Part shown: positions 1-11,887 of the stretch, in pieces
How positions within the stretch are numbered: position 1 is the first letter of the stretch
Layout of the letters: each line of letters begins with the position of its first letter
DNA from: Batkoa obscura
Taxonomy: Eukaryota
NCBI GenBank assembly: GCA_030770535.1
Contig: JASVEC010000023.1
Span: forward strand, 372,001-436,000
Direction of reading: 5' to 3'
DNA length: 64,000 nucleotides
Translations under genes and position numbers: made by a program
Notes under the pieces: model-generated
Database searches by the model: none
Seen by the model: the letters and a program-made list of their open reading frames with translations, nothing else
Told to the model about the DNA's origin: nothing

Positions 1-397
1 TTACATTAATTAATATGAGGTTACCAATATTAAATGACATACTAAGCATAACAGCTGCAGAATAACACAAATATAGAAAGAAGTTCAAAAATGACGCTTT
101 AAGTTTATTATTTTTCACTTTTAAGTTCTTACTCGGAACTCTATTTGATTTTTTGCCAAATTATAAATAAAGTATAATGATCGAAACTTATTATAGTTCT
201 TTAATAGTGGACGAAAGTTACTGGATTACTTGAGCCAAGATTTTTATAAAAAACAAGTCAGACATTGATCGGAGTGAGTAAAAATAAGGATTGTGATGGA
301 TATATAAACAGATAAAATGAACACATAATATTTAAAAAAAAACAATTAGATTAGATTATATAAATAATACAAATTTTAGACATTTATAGAATTAAAC

Positions 398-1525
398 ATG
401 AATAGTGTACTTAGAACTTTAACTTTATTCGCCTTATTAGCTGTAAGTAGCTCTCAAAGATTAACTAATTTTAGTCAAAAGGACTGTAAAGTAATCAAAA
501 CTAGTAATAACCCTCAATACGAAAATTTAGATAATAGATGTTTTATTAAAACTCGATCTGGTATGTGTCGTGCTGGTTTCCCATCTTATCACTTTAATCA
601 AGATACTGGTAAATGTGTCAAAAGACTTCATGGAGGCTGTGATGATGGATGTCTTGCTTTCAGTACCATGAAAGAGTGTGAAGGCATCTGTGTTAAAAAT
701 ATTATCCAACCAACTACTCAAACCAAACCACAAGAAGAAGAACGTCAAGACTCTTGCAAAGTAAATAAGCCTAAAAATCTATCAGCTGAGTTGAACAAAT
801 TAGATGATAAATGTTTTATTAAAACTGAACCTGGTATGTGTCGTGCTGGCTTTCCTTCCTATCACTTTGATTTGAAGCAAAACAAATGTGTCAAAGGTAT
901 GTTTGGTGGCTGTGCTGATGGTTGCTCCGTATTTGGTAGCATGCAAGAATGTGAAAGCTCATGTGTAAAAAAGAGTAACCAACCAGCTGCTCAAATTAAA
1001 CCACAAGAAGAAGAACGTCAAGACTCTTGCAAAGTAAATAAGCCTAAAAATCTATCAGCTGAGTTGAACAAATTAGATGATAAATGTTTTATTAAAACTG
1101 AGCCTGGTATGTGTCGTGCTGGCTTCCCTTCCTATCACTTTGATTTGAAGCAAAACAAATGTGTCAAAGGTATGTTTGGTGGCTGTGCTGATGGTTGCTC
1201 CGTATTTGGTAGCATACAAGAATGTGAAAGCTCATGTGTAAAAAAGAACATTCAACCAGCCAAAAAAGAAGAACCCAAAACTAATGGCTCTTTCTCTCAA
1301 GAATCTTGCAAAGTTGAAATTCCAGATATAATTTTCAATCCTTTAGTCAAATTTGATAGAAAATGTTACATCAAAACTGACTCTGGAATGTGTCGTGGAG
1401 CTTTCCCATCTTATCATTTTGATCCATCTAGAGGCAAATGTGTTGAAGATGTTTATGGTGGTTGTGGTGGATGTCTTGCTTTTACTAGCATTGAGGAATG
1501 TAACTCGACCTGTAGAACTCATTAA
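398..1525 (+). CDS. Secreted 4-domain Kunitz/BPTI-like serine protease inhibitor (8-Cys variant, P1 Arg)
   Basis: N-terminal signal peptide. Four repeats of C-F/Y-IKT-x-x-G-M-C-R-x-x-FPSYHF...C...GGC...F-x(4)-C-x(3)-C. Intronless ORF. Confidence 0.88.
   Translation: MNSVLRTLTLFALLAVSSSQRLTNFSQKDCKVIKTSNNPQYENLDNRCFIKTRSGMCRAGFPSYHFNQDTGKCVKRLHGGCDDGCLAFSTMKECEGICVKNIIQPTTQTKPQEEERQDSCKVNKPKNLSAELNKLDDKCFIKTEPGMCRAGFPSYHFDLKQNKCVKGMFGGCADGCSVFGSMQECESSCVKKSNQPAAQIKPQEEERQDSCKVNKPKNLSAELNKLDDKCFIKTEPGMCRAGFPSYHFDLKQNKCVKGMFGGCADGCSVFGSIQECESSCVKKNIQPAKKEEPKTNGSFSQESCKVEIPDIIFNPLVKFDRKCYIKTDSGMCRGAFPSYHFDPSRGKCVEDVYGGCGGCLAFTSIEECNSTCRTH
725..1260 (+). repeat. Near-perfect intragenic tandem duplication, 273-bp (91-aa) period, Kunitz domains 2 and 3
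   Basis: aaaccacaagaagaagaacgtcaagactcttgc occurs at 725 and 998, and the units differ by only a few substitutions. Confidence 0.92.
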
Positions 1526-1759
1526 GCTATGAGCTCCTAAAATAAAATAAATTAGTGTCCTGAAAACTGTAATTTTTATCTTTGTTATTGTCATTATCAA
1601 AGTTTTGCTTTATAATATTTGTTTCAAAACATTATGTTTATAATTTTAAAAATGTTTTTATATGTTATATTTTAGTGTTATAAAGAATTTATTGAATTCT
1701 GTAAAGAGAGGGTTGTTGTAGCAAAATCAGTGTAGACTATAGCTCTTTGTAGATTAGTT

Positions 1760-2330
1760 ATTGGAAACCAGAGAAAACCTAATAGGATACTATAGACTCG
1801 AGGTAAATATTATACTTTCATGATAAAGCGTAGCTATTAAAAAAGAAAAATCAGTAGTTCTATAGTGGATAAAAAAGGCCATACCCCACATTTGGTAGAT
1901 AAAAAAACGTAAGTCAAAGGGAGAGCCTAAATATAATTTTTATGTTCAAATGCTCTAGGCGTCAAGCTAGGTTACCTTCTAAAAACGGAAGTTAAGAAAA
2001 AAGTGGTTAAAGTCCTTCTTTTACATAAAGAGAAATAGTCGTATAATGAGTGGGTCAAATGAACTTGGCGAATACCTGTAGTATCAATCTTATTGAATGG
2101 TAGTAAGATGTATAGTGGATATCTTGCATATCTTTACCAGAGCGGATTTAAGTACTAAGTTTTAGAGAGAAAAGCTAACTATAGCTTTTTGTCTAAAATT
2201 TATTTAGTCAAATAGTTGACGAGAAATAAAGGGTGAAAGCTCCACATAGTCACGTCAAAAATTTTTCAAGGCGTGAAAAACTATATGCCATTGGAAGATG
2301 GATTTAAAGTGTTATAAAATAAAAATAGAA
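1760..2330 (+). mobile_element. Possible decayed Ty3/Gypsy pol remnant
   Basis: Broken-frame fragments LIGYYR, FHDKA*LLKKK and FLCSNALGVKLGYLL resemble RT-connection and RNaseH (GYYR, L.TDAS..GLG.VL) motifs. It lies just upstream of an LTR-like element. Confidence 0.35.
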
Positions 2331-2548
2331 TACTAAAATTATTACTATAGCGTATGACTTTTTAAGTAGACTAATAACATATATATGTAAAAAAAATAGA
2401 ACATGAATATAGTATTAAAATATCAAAGCTCATCTTGTTTAAAAACTATTTGTCATTAAGGGGCAACTTAGCATAATTTTATCTAAAACAACAATTGGAT
2501 GCATTCCAGTAGTTTATCAGAATTTTATCCTAATCACTGCAAGGCACT

Positions 2549-3012
2549 TGTGAAATCTGGTACTCAGGGTTTGGAGTCAAGAACAGCTATTGCTGGGTTG
2601 ACTACACTATAAGTCGAAAGGTCTTAGTTTATGTGATTAAGGTAGACTTGGATTATGAGGAATAGCACGTAATAGGTTACAGGCTATATAAGACAAATAG
2701 AATAGACAATACTAATGTAAAATCTACGTAAAATACTATTAAGAAAACGTAGTGGCTTTATTAAATGTTCGAGATATCAAAGAATAATTCAGTTAAAAAG
2801 CCTCGAACTACTATACTCTGTAAACTCTTTTAGACTCTGAAAAGTATAAATATCAAAATGAGAAGATAATATTCTTTGGGATGGAGCTAGAAATTCTCAT
2901 AACAAATCAAAATAAGAACGTGGAATTGATTTTCTCTGAACTCAAGAACACAACAGCTTAGGGGATTGTTATGTTATAATTAACCATGGGACTGACAAAG
3001 CGATATTTCACA
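2549..3012. mobile_element. Solo LTR-like element (TG...CA) with 4-bp TSD CACT
   Basis: Termini are tgtgaaat...atttcaca, with cact on both sides. A diverged homolog lies at 45159-45625. Confidence 0.75.
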
Positions 3013-3518
3013 CACTATAAGTAATATAAGGGAGTAATAGAATGTTTAAACCAAATTCTAGTTTTGTTTTTCGGATATTAGATATACAACATTAACAAGT
3101 TCAAACAATTGGGATAAGAAATAAGATAAACTAATTCTTCAGCTATGAGGGAAAGCTGTGATTTTGAAGTCGATTGTTAGGTGGATCCATCTATACTAGT
3201 CATTTTTTTACATTGATTGATAATTTCATAAATTATAGGTTGTCATGTAAATACAATTTCACTAATTACATAGCAATATTTAATTTATGAAACTATTAAT
3301 AGTTTTAGGCTTTGCTTTGATTTTTGCCTGCTAATATTTTAGTTTTAATAAATCCTGTCCTAACACACATTTTTAAAAAACTCAATGTAAAAATCAATAT
3401 TGCATGTTAAACATCAACTATTAATACTTTTAGCATTATGATATTATTAGTGGAAATCACTTAAAGTATCTCCACTTGTTTCTTAAAAATTCTATGTCAT
3501 TAATACTGAAATAGATAT

Positions 3519-3615
3519 GGGGATGTATTTTTGTGTTTAAGAATTTTACTAATAATTTTTCCGCTTAAATAGCGCTTAAAAATGGAAAAAATAATGAAGT
3601 TAAAAAAACACTCCC
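3519..3615. mobile_element. ~97-bp Sola2-related MITE
   Basis: ggggatgtattttt...aaacactccc; matches the family consensus. Confidence 0.85.
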
Positions 3616-3619
3616 ATTT

Positions 3620-3707
3620 GATTCTATAAAATTTTAAGCGAAGTTTTTAAAATACAAAAAATTATTTAAAAATTGGATAAAACAATGAAACTAATTCAGA
3701 CAACCCC
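3620..3707 (+). mobile_element. Right-end remnant of the autonomous Sola2-type element
   Basis: aattttaagcgaagtttttaaaatac...tgaaactaattcagacaacccc matches the last ~90 bp of 45699-48162. Confidence 0.85.
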
Positions 3708-4728
3708 ATTTGGAAAATATAATAGCTGCTTAAGATCATCGGTCCTTATGTATAGTTGTTTCATTAGTAGTCCATTTTCATCAAGGAATTTTTTCGGTAT
3801 TACTGATGTTGAGGGAACTCATTTATATTATAAACTAAATATACTAGATTATACATGACAATATGACTTACGTTTTTAAGTAATGATTTGTTTGAAAAGC
3901 TTAGATTAAATAACTCATCTGGGTCAGCCAATTTGAAAATTTCTTATACTACAGTAGTTAGTAACTGGTTGAGTTGTGTTGGCATTTGAAGTAGAAGTTG
4001 ATGTAGAAGGAAAAACGTATCTTTAGCTGATTTATTCTTCACTGAATAAATTTTAATTTATAAAATTATAATAAAAGTAAACTATTATTGGTTAAAATGA
4101 AAGTGACCTGTTTACTACAATTAAAACAATTAATCATTTTACTAGGCTCAGCATATAAATCAGAAAAACAAGGAAAAATAAAAATTGAAGCAATAGTTGT
4201 TTAGAAGAATTAAAAACTTATAAAAATATTAATCATATAAACTAAATGGAACTTTCAATGTACTATATCTCTAATGATATAAGAACTTCAATGTAAAAAT
4301 TGACCCTTCTCTGTAACTTTGGATTCCTATTTAGTATATATAGGCTTTTAACGCTTTCACTCGATAAATTAGTAAATAGTCTGCCTATAAAATCATTGCA
4401 ACCATCATCGCATGCTAGCACTTTTTTATGACCTAAGTTTTAGTATTCTTATCAGCATGTTTAAAAATATATACCCTTACCTTTATTAATCAAAAAACTT
4501 TAATCCTTTTACTAATATAAACTTTATGTCATCGCATTATCCACATTCAAAAATTATGTTAATTGATATAAATCTGTTTCCTTAATTTGACTTATAAATT
4601 ATCCGTTATTTTAAGCTTTTAACTTTATGTATTTTATTCTTCTACTCTTCTATCGTTATTTACTAATACCTTCTACTTTAAAATTTTTGAAATTTTTAAA
4701 ACTTATTATTGGTTTAAAACATAATTTT

Positions 4729-5131
4729 GGGATGTTTTTTGGTTTCATTACTTCCTCCATTTTTTAAGTGCTATTTGAACGGAAAGATTGTTAGTAAAAT
4801 TCTTAAACAAAAAAACACATTCCCATTTAACATTTTGTTAAATGATTTTTAAAAACATGCTTAAATCTCTTCAGATATATTATATGAGGCATTTATTTAG
4901 ATAAAATCGAACTTATAAAGACTGTACTACAACTAAATATGATAAAGTTAAAAAATTATGTATCAAGAATAAATACTTTTATTTATAAACATTGCTCTTG
5001 ATTCCCTTGACAACCAAAAACAACTTAACCACATAAGGATATTTTTTAGTTTCACTACTTTTTCCATTTTTTAAGCGCTATTTGAGCGGAAAAATAGCTA
5101 GTAAAATTCTTAAACAAAAAAACACATCACC
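4729..5131. mobile_element. Two MITE copies (4729-4824 and 5037-5131)
   Basis: Family core ggtttcattac...ttaag[c/t]gctatttga...agtaaaattcttaaac...cc. Confidence 0.8.
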
Positions 5132-5165
5132 ATATAATGTTTTTAAGTAATGTCTCGCGTTAACT

Positions 5166-5756
5166 CTAACTAGATGCCTTTAAACATGCACCCTCACACT
5201 CTTCTAATGAAGTAAAAGCTAAACAACCATCTTTACAGCCTCCGAATACACTTTTGATACATTTTCCTGCCGCCATATCGAAGTGAAATGATGGGACCGA
5301 CATTCTACACATTCCGGTTTGAGTTTTAATAAAGCACCCTATTGGTAACTCATGGTTTACATTCTTATTATCTATTGTTTTTTCGACATTGCATTCACTC
5401 TGTTGAAAGGAACTTAATGGGTCGATTTCTTTATTTTCTGGTTCTACTTTACATTCACTTTCACATTCGTCTTTGGTTTTAAATACTTGACAGCCATCTG
5501 GACATCCTCCATAAAGCCCTTCTGTACAGCTGTTGGATATTGGGTCATAATGATAACTTGGAATCGACGCTCTACAGCTACCGGAATCTGTGGCTATGAA
5601 ACATTTTGATTTTAATAGCTTTTGGTTCGGTAGTAAAGTTTTAGGGTAGGTAATGTTGCACCCACTTTTTGTAACTGCTTCTTTTACTTCAGTACAATGT
5701 GGAAGTGCATAAGCTATTCCAGGAACTATTATTAGTAAAAATAAGTCAAATCTCAT
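5166..5756 (-). CDS. Secreted 2-domain Kunitz/BPTI-like inhibitor (8-Cys variant, P1 Arg)
   Basis: Signal peptide. Two domains with GSCRA/GMCRM and GGCxDGC. Paralog of 398-1525, in convergent orientation. Confidence 0.88.
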   Translation of the reverse strand: MRFDLFLLIIVPGIAYALPHCTEVKEAVTKSGCNITYPKTLLPNQKLLKSKCFIATDSGSCRASIPSYHYDPISNSCTEGLYGGCPDGCQVFKTKDECESECKVEPENKEIDPLSSFQQSECNVEKTIDNKNVNHELPIGCFIKTQTGMCRMSVPSFHFDMAAGKCIKSVFGGCKDGCLAFTSLEECEGACLKASS

Positions 5757-6593
5757 GATAATATTATAATTTGTAATTGAAATAAAAAATTAAATATAAG
5801 TTTGAAGATTTATCTCACACTTATATACTTTTATCTAGGACCTTTACGTTATTTATTTAAAACATTCTGCTTTAATAAAAAATTAAAATAAGCTTCTTTT
5901 TTGATGATGATGCTAACACCTGGGATATATTGTAAAATTTATTAGTTAAATATTTGAATCAATTAAACTTCTTTTCTATTTTTAGTTCTAGGCTTTATTC
6001 TTAAGTTTAATTTTATTGGTACCTCATCCATTAATTAGTGATAAAAATGATTTAATACCCATTTATTGAATGCCTATATTACCCTTTGATTAATACATTG
6101 CATTATTCATTTTCATTACTGTAGTAGTTTGATTTAAATTGTTTGACTTTCATTAATAATATTACCCAAATAAACTTGTATAAAGTAATCACTAGTCAAT
6201 TTACCACTACTATTGATTCAGTCTGAACATGACCAAACTTTCTAATCTGTCACTTTTTTCATTTTGAGATTTGATAATATAACATTTATAAACGTTACTA
6301 TAATTTTTTTAATGAAAGCAGTGATAAACTAAAAAGCTTAGCCTTTTTTATATTTGACCAGTGTAACAAAATGCCTTTTGCCAATCTAAAGTTGATAATT
6401 ATTATAAGTCACTTTGACATTAAATATAAAAAATGCTACAAACGATTAATTAAAATATTTAATTAATTTTAATTTTATTTGGAATTTTAATTGAATTTAC
6501 TTTTGTGTGTCTTCATGTGTTCACATTATTTTCGACATATATATTATATTATTAGTAATATATACTACAATTATAAATTAATGGACTATTTAT

Positions 6594-7574
6594 TCAACCT
6601 GATGCAATCAGATTTCTTTGACTATTAGGGAAATGAGCACTGCTACTAACCTCCCCATTAATAATTTTACTTCTATTCCCACCTTTGAACAGAGCAACCA
6701 ACTCATTTCTAGAATCTGGGTGTAAAGTCAACACGAATAGAGGGTTGATAACCGTCTCACTAAATAATAAAACCAAAGAGATTGAATCGATAGTATAGTC
6801 CCTTTTAAACTTTGTAGTTGTTTCTACGATCAATAAAATTAACTCTGGCATCAAAGATAAGATATAACAAAAGGATACTAAAAATAGGTACAACACATGG
6901 TGTGATTTGTAAAACGAGGATACCTTTCTTAAGTCTCCTACCTGAGCTTTAAGCTTTTGGTTTATGTAGTAATAATGCAACGTGATCATACAATAGAATA
7001 CGGGGATAGACATGATAATTAGAAAGGTAACTATAAGCATGGTTGGACCATAGATGGAAAATAAAATTCTGTTGAGTTTTATTGGCGCCGTGATACAAAA
7101 TAATCCGGATGGCATAACTTTTGGAGTACCAAAAAAGTGTGCTACTGTAAAGCCAGAGATGATAAGGACAATGGTAAAAAAGGATAATATCTTTGTCTTT
7201 GTATTGTTAATAGAGTATGATTTCACAATAGCCAAATAACGGATAACGGATAGTTGAGAAGTTAACGACAAGGCTACAATAATAGTAGAATTGAATATAA
7301 TTGAACTTAAAGTACAAACCATACTTTGTTCAAAAGCATCAGAGTCTTTGACAGTGATCCATCTGTATAATTGAGTGAATGTTAGAAAAAGAGCTATGAT
7401 GATATCAAAAAGGGAGATCAATTGTATTAATAAGCCATCAATGGCTTTATTCGTTTTACTTCTTTTATATGTAATAAATAAGACTAAACCATTTAAAGTG
7501 ATTGATAACAATGAATATATAAATAAAAATATTTCAAAGCCTAAAGAGAAAGTGGTGTTAATAGCTAATTGCAT
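6594..7574 (-). CDS. Intronless rhodopsin-like 7TM GPCR
   Basis: TM1 N, TM2 FD, TM3 QLSVIRY, ECL2 PSGLFC, TM6 LMPE, TM7 NPLFV. I placed the start at the ATG (MQLAINT) that aligns with the paralogs rather than the upstream TTG. Confidence 0.8.
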   Translation of the reverse strand: MQLAINTTFSLGFEIFLFIYSLLSITLNGLVLFITYKRSKTNKAIDGLLIQLISLFDIIIALFLTFTQLYRWITVKDSDAFEQSMVCTLSSIIFNSTIIVALSLTSQLSVIRYLAIVKSYSINNTKTKILSFFTIVLIISGFTVAHFFGTPKVMPSGLFCITAPIKLNRILFSIYGPTMLIVTFLIIMSIPVFYCMITLHYYYINQKLKAQVGDLRKVSSFYKSHHVLYLFLVSFCYILSLMPELILLIVETTTKFKRDYTIDSISLVLLFSETVINPLFVLTLHPDSRNELVALFKGGNRSKIINGEVSSSAHFPNSQRNLIASG

Positions 7575-8570
7575 TAAATTTATCAAAATAAGAAAAACGA
7601 ACAAAGAAGTTGGAATGTTGGTGATATGATACAAGTTTTATACTAAGTAGTTCAAAGTATCATTATATCTTTCTGAAATGTCAAGTTACTTCATACTTAA
7701 AATTCATGAGTGTTTCTGGTTTTATTTTTGTTCAATTTAGTTTAGTACAATAAAAAATAGCCATATTTAGTAGGTTGATTTAATTCTTTAGTTCTAAATC
7801 TATAAAAAATTTAAATTATTTTTGATCCAAGATTCATTGAGTTAAATAAAGTTAAATATTTATTTTTACACAATTTAATTGGCTGTCTACTTGAAATTTA
7901 TTGTTCATATTATTTGTTTATAGTTGAAATATTTATCATCTGCCATTTTAAACTTGTTTTTAAACTAAACAAAAGAATTGTTAAGTTTCAATTACTTAAT
8001 TTATAAATCCACTATTGATATTGACATAAATTTATTATTAGAGCTATATGAATCTAAGACTTAATTTTTGTATTAAAAGTTAGTCACAATACTACCTTAA
8101 TTATATCATATTAGCATTAAATTACATCCTACTATTACTGTATTTATAACAAGACCTATAAAAATATAGTCTGGTCTCTTTTCAGAATATCAACAAATTG
8201 GATCTTTTTTAGTTTAAATGGAGTACAGCATGCTATAAACTATGTACACGAAATTATATTCAACTATAATTATTTCTACTCAAACTAATACGTTGATGAT
8301 ATTTAGTATAGTAGAGAGTGATTCATTTTAATAGAAACAAAAACGATACTTGGCTATGCAATCCCCCAACCAACATTTCGGGGTATCTTCTTTGCTTCAG
8401 TATCTATCTGGTAGCTTTATTTTATTATATATTAAGTAAATAATCCCTATTCTTATATTATTCTATTGTAATATATAAAAATTTAAACTATTAAAAATAA
8501 ACACTAATAAACCACTCTTAATTTATTAAATAAAATTTACTTATATTTTAATAATCATATACTGTATGCT

Positions 8571-9830
8571 TTATAACCATCCACTCTTTCCTTTCTTTTT
8601 TTTAATTTCAGGTCTTTTAAGCTGTTTAATTAACTCTGGCATCTTTAACATTTTTCTAACTCTAGAATTATTTAAAGCATAAATTTGGACCATAGAAAAT
8701 AAAGAGGAAGGAATCCAATATAAAAACACAACCTAAAAAATATTAATAAGCATTAAACTCTATCAACAAAGATTAAAAACTTACCGCTGGCATAGTACAA
8801 GTTACCGGAATCATACCTAATGATACCACCCTCATAAAAGTTTTCATCCATTTAGGTTGTTGTTGGGAAGCAGCACCTAATTCAGAACCCATTTCAAAGA
8901 CAGCCAAAAAACCTAAAGAGGAGATAGTTGGGAGAATATAATAAGGATCAGCGACAGCTAAATTAGTGAACCAAAGATATCCACCATCTAAAAGAGAGGG
9001 GATAGGCACATCAGCAAGTGCTCTTAAGGCTAAAAAGAATGAAATCATCACAGGGGCTTGTACAACAGGTATCAACATCATTCTAAACGGTTTTAAGTCA
9101 TGCTTTTTAAATAAAGTACGTAAGTTTTGGGATTGTAAAGCCAATTCATAATGATCTTGGTCTTTTTTAGCGCGGTTAATTTTGGCTGTTATAGCGTCCA
9201 TTTCTGGTTTAACATTGGCCATTTTTGTAGCAGATTTATTTAAGTTGATAATCAATGGTAATAGAAGAGTACGGATAACTATTGTTGTTATTCCGATACT
9301 CGCCAACCATGGCATATGTAAACCTAAGTCAAAAAATTCTAAAATCTTTTCAATTCCTCCTACTGGAGTGTAATTGCATAAACCAAAGCTAGCGTAATCT
9401 CCTATGGTACTTAAAGCAGTTGGCTCAATACTTTGTACGGCTGTTGGTTCGCTAAATGTGGCTGTGACTGCTTCTACTGTAGTTGGTTCTGGGATAACAG
9501 TTGTTTCTGGAACAACGGTTGTTTCAACAACCTTTGGCTCTACAATAGATTCTGGTACAATTTCTTTTAATCCATTTTCGTTATCTTTTACATCTATCTG
9601 GGTACTAGCAAATCTTATGCCATTGATGGCAGCTAAGTTATAGGTAGGAAACTAAAATGTTAGCCTATTATTATGATATTTGAGTAATATACCTTATTTT
9701 TAGTTACTAACTGAGAAATTTTTATTGAAGTATTTAAACTAAATGATGGATTAAAATTATACTGTTATAAAAATTTAAGTTACCTTTTCAAAATGTTCTT
9801 TTGGTGGATCTTTAAAAGTGGTCTAATCAT
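8571..9830 (-). CDS. OXA1: Mitochondrial inner-membrane insertase Oxa1 (4 exons: 9830-9784, 9738-9693, 9651-8785, 8732-8571)
   Basis: PWLASIGITTIVIRTLLLPL, QAPVMISFFLALR, WFTNLAVADPYYILP, FLYWIPS. GT-AG introns keep the frame. Confidence 0.9.
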
Positions 9831-10079
9831 ATCTATAATTCTATTCTATATTAAATTTTTTTTATAATTCAACTACAAAATTATAAATTGATTGTTTTCG
9901 ATTTTTGTTCTTAATGTTTGATTCAAGTCCCATAATAAATTCGGTCCCAATCCTAGCTTTTTATGTTCTAGATATTGGAAGTTAAAGGCTACCAAATTTA
10001 GTAAATAGAAAAGGCGGCAAAATGTTTTTATTTAAAAAGATTTCAATTTAAATAAATCTATGAAAGCTATCAGTAAGAA

Positions 10080-10400
10080 ATAGCACAATTGCGCTTTGAT
10101 TTATTTCAAATAGTTTTGAGATCATAGAAATGTTTTAAAGTAAAGTTCTTTAAATTTCGACTGTTTAAAATAATAAGATTAAACAATGATGTCGTCTGTA
10201 AAGCTCCACTGACTTTATTGTTTGATCGTTTAAGTTGATAAAACATTCAAGACTTATAGCTTTCAAGAATCAAGAGAGAAGTAATTTAACAAATGATGAT
10301 CAATGATGTTTTAGTAGCTGAGCGTCAAATTACAGTTGATTAAATCAGTAATCAAAGAACAACGATGTTTCATTGTCTTTACAAAAAGAACTCTTTGTAT
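10080..10400 (-). mobile_element. Possible decayed LINE reverse transcriptase fragment
   Basis: The minus strand reads KVSG..FTDDIIV (like [Y/F]ADD), with an upstream LD..KAY-like broken segment and many stops. Confidence 0.3.
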
Positions 10401-10650
10401 TATTAGTCATTATCGAATATGATAATATAATAGTCCCTTTAAAAAAATTATTAATTACAGGCCTCTATTTTTACTTAACTTTTTACTGAGTAGATACCGT
10501 TTTCATAGTAGCCTTTAGACAGCTTTAGTTACGATATAGATAAATGCAAAAATATAAAAACTATACATAATCAGGGTTTCTCTGTTCAATATTCTATATG
10601 ACAATGACTAAGAAATATTACGAAATTATTAATATTTAGTTAAACATATA

Positions 10651-10747
10651 GGGGTATTTCTTTCGGTTTCACATCACTTTTTCCATTTTTTAAGCGCTAT
10701 TTGAGCAGAAAGATTGTTAGTAAAATTGAATAAAAAAACACAGCCAC
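10651..10747. mobile_element. Sola2-related MITE
   Basis: Family consensus. Confidence 0.8.
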
Positions 10748-11114
10748 ATAATCAAAATAAGTTTTGGTAGGATTTGATTTCCAATTAAAAGATATTTTTA
10801 AGAAATCTTGTGATATTTATAAATTAATAGAATTATCTCTAATTATTCGTGTAATAATTACGTTTTCTTATGGTTAGATATTTCCTTAAAAATTCTATTC
10901 ACATTTCTTAATATTAATTTCATGAATATATTTATAGGTTGATTTTTTAAACATTCTAAAAATGCTTTTAAAAACCATTTTGATGACGAATTTTTTCATT
11001 AAAATCTTTTTTATGGCTACTATAGCTTTTACTTTTTTTAGCATTAACAAAGCTTATAAAATTTGTCGTAACTCGGCCATATTATTATCAAAGCTGTTGT
11101 GCAAATCATTATAT

Positions 11115-11212
11115 GGGAGTGTTTTTTTTTACTTCATTATTTTTCCATTTTTTAAGCGCTATTTAAGCGGAAAATTTGTTAGTAAAATTCTTAGACACAA
11201 AAATACATCCCC
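11115..11212. mobile_element. Sola2-related MITE with ATAT TSD
   Basis: atat|gggagtg...acatcccc|atat. Confidence 0.88.
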
Positions 11213-11887
11213 ATATATATTTTAAAATTATAAGATTTACTTTAACTTACTATCATATTTTACAAATATAGTAAAAACTCAAGAATTTTATAACAAATAA
11301 ATCAATTTTAGAAATTTATGAGGATGTATTTAAGTGTTCCATGTTTAATGGTGCAGTTTATTTTGAAAATACTCATTGAAGTTCATTTAAAGTTTGGTTA
11401 ATTTTACTTTGTTTATATTAGAATATATATAATTTTAATATACTATAGATTTGAATTATGAAATACTAATATAACGAAAATAAGTCTTATATAAACAAAA
11501 AGTCATAAATTCTATGAAGTAAAAATGAACAATTTGCCAAAAGCAAAGATAGATACAGCTTTTACAAATGTGTAAAAGATGATTCACAGTTTCAAGCAAG
11601 AAATTCAATAAAGTACACAAATTCATAGTATTTTAGTGTTTTTTTGCTTAGAATTGATAATTATCAGTATTAATCAATTTTTATTTACAAAAAAGATGTA
11701 AAAAAGTAACTAAATGTAAACTTGATTTAAAGCGCATAATTAAAAATAGGGTGACGTAGTCAGGATAGAGGGTGAGAACAAGTTTTTGCCAAGTTGAAAT
11801 ATTCAAACTTATGATTTGATGTTTCATATTGAAACAAGAAATATAAATTTGACTTTATGAACTTTAAATGTTTACTTTTCTTTAAAA

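Noticed and set aside
10962..11225. 87-aa ORF (likewise 3673-3858, 32309-32494, 35559-35756, 60896-61150)
   Set aside because: These overlap MITE or transposon-end sequence and are chance frames.
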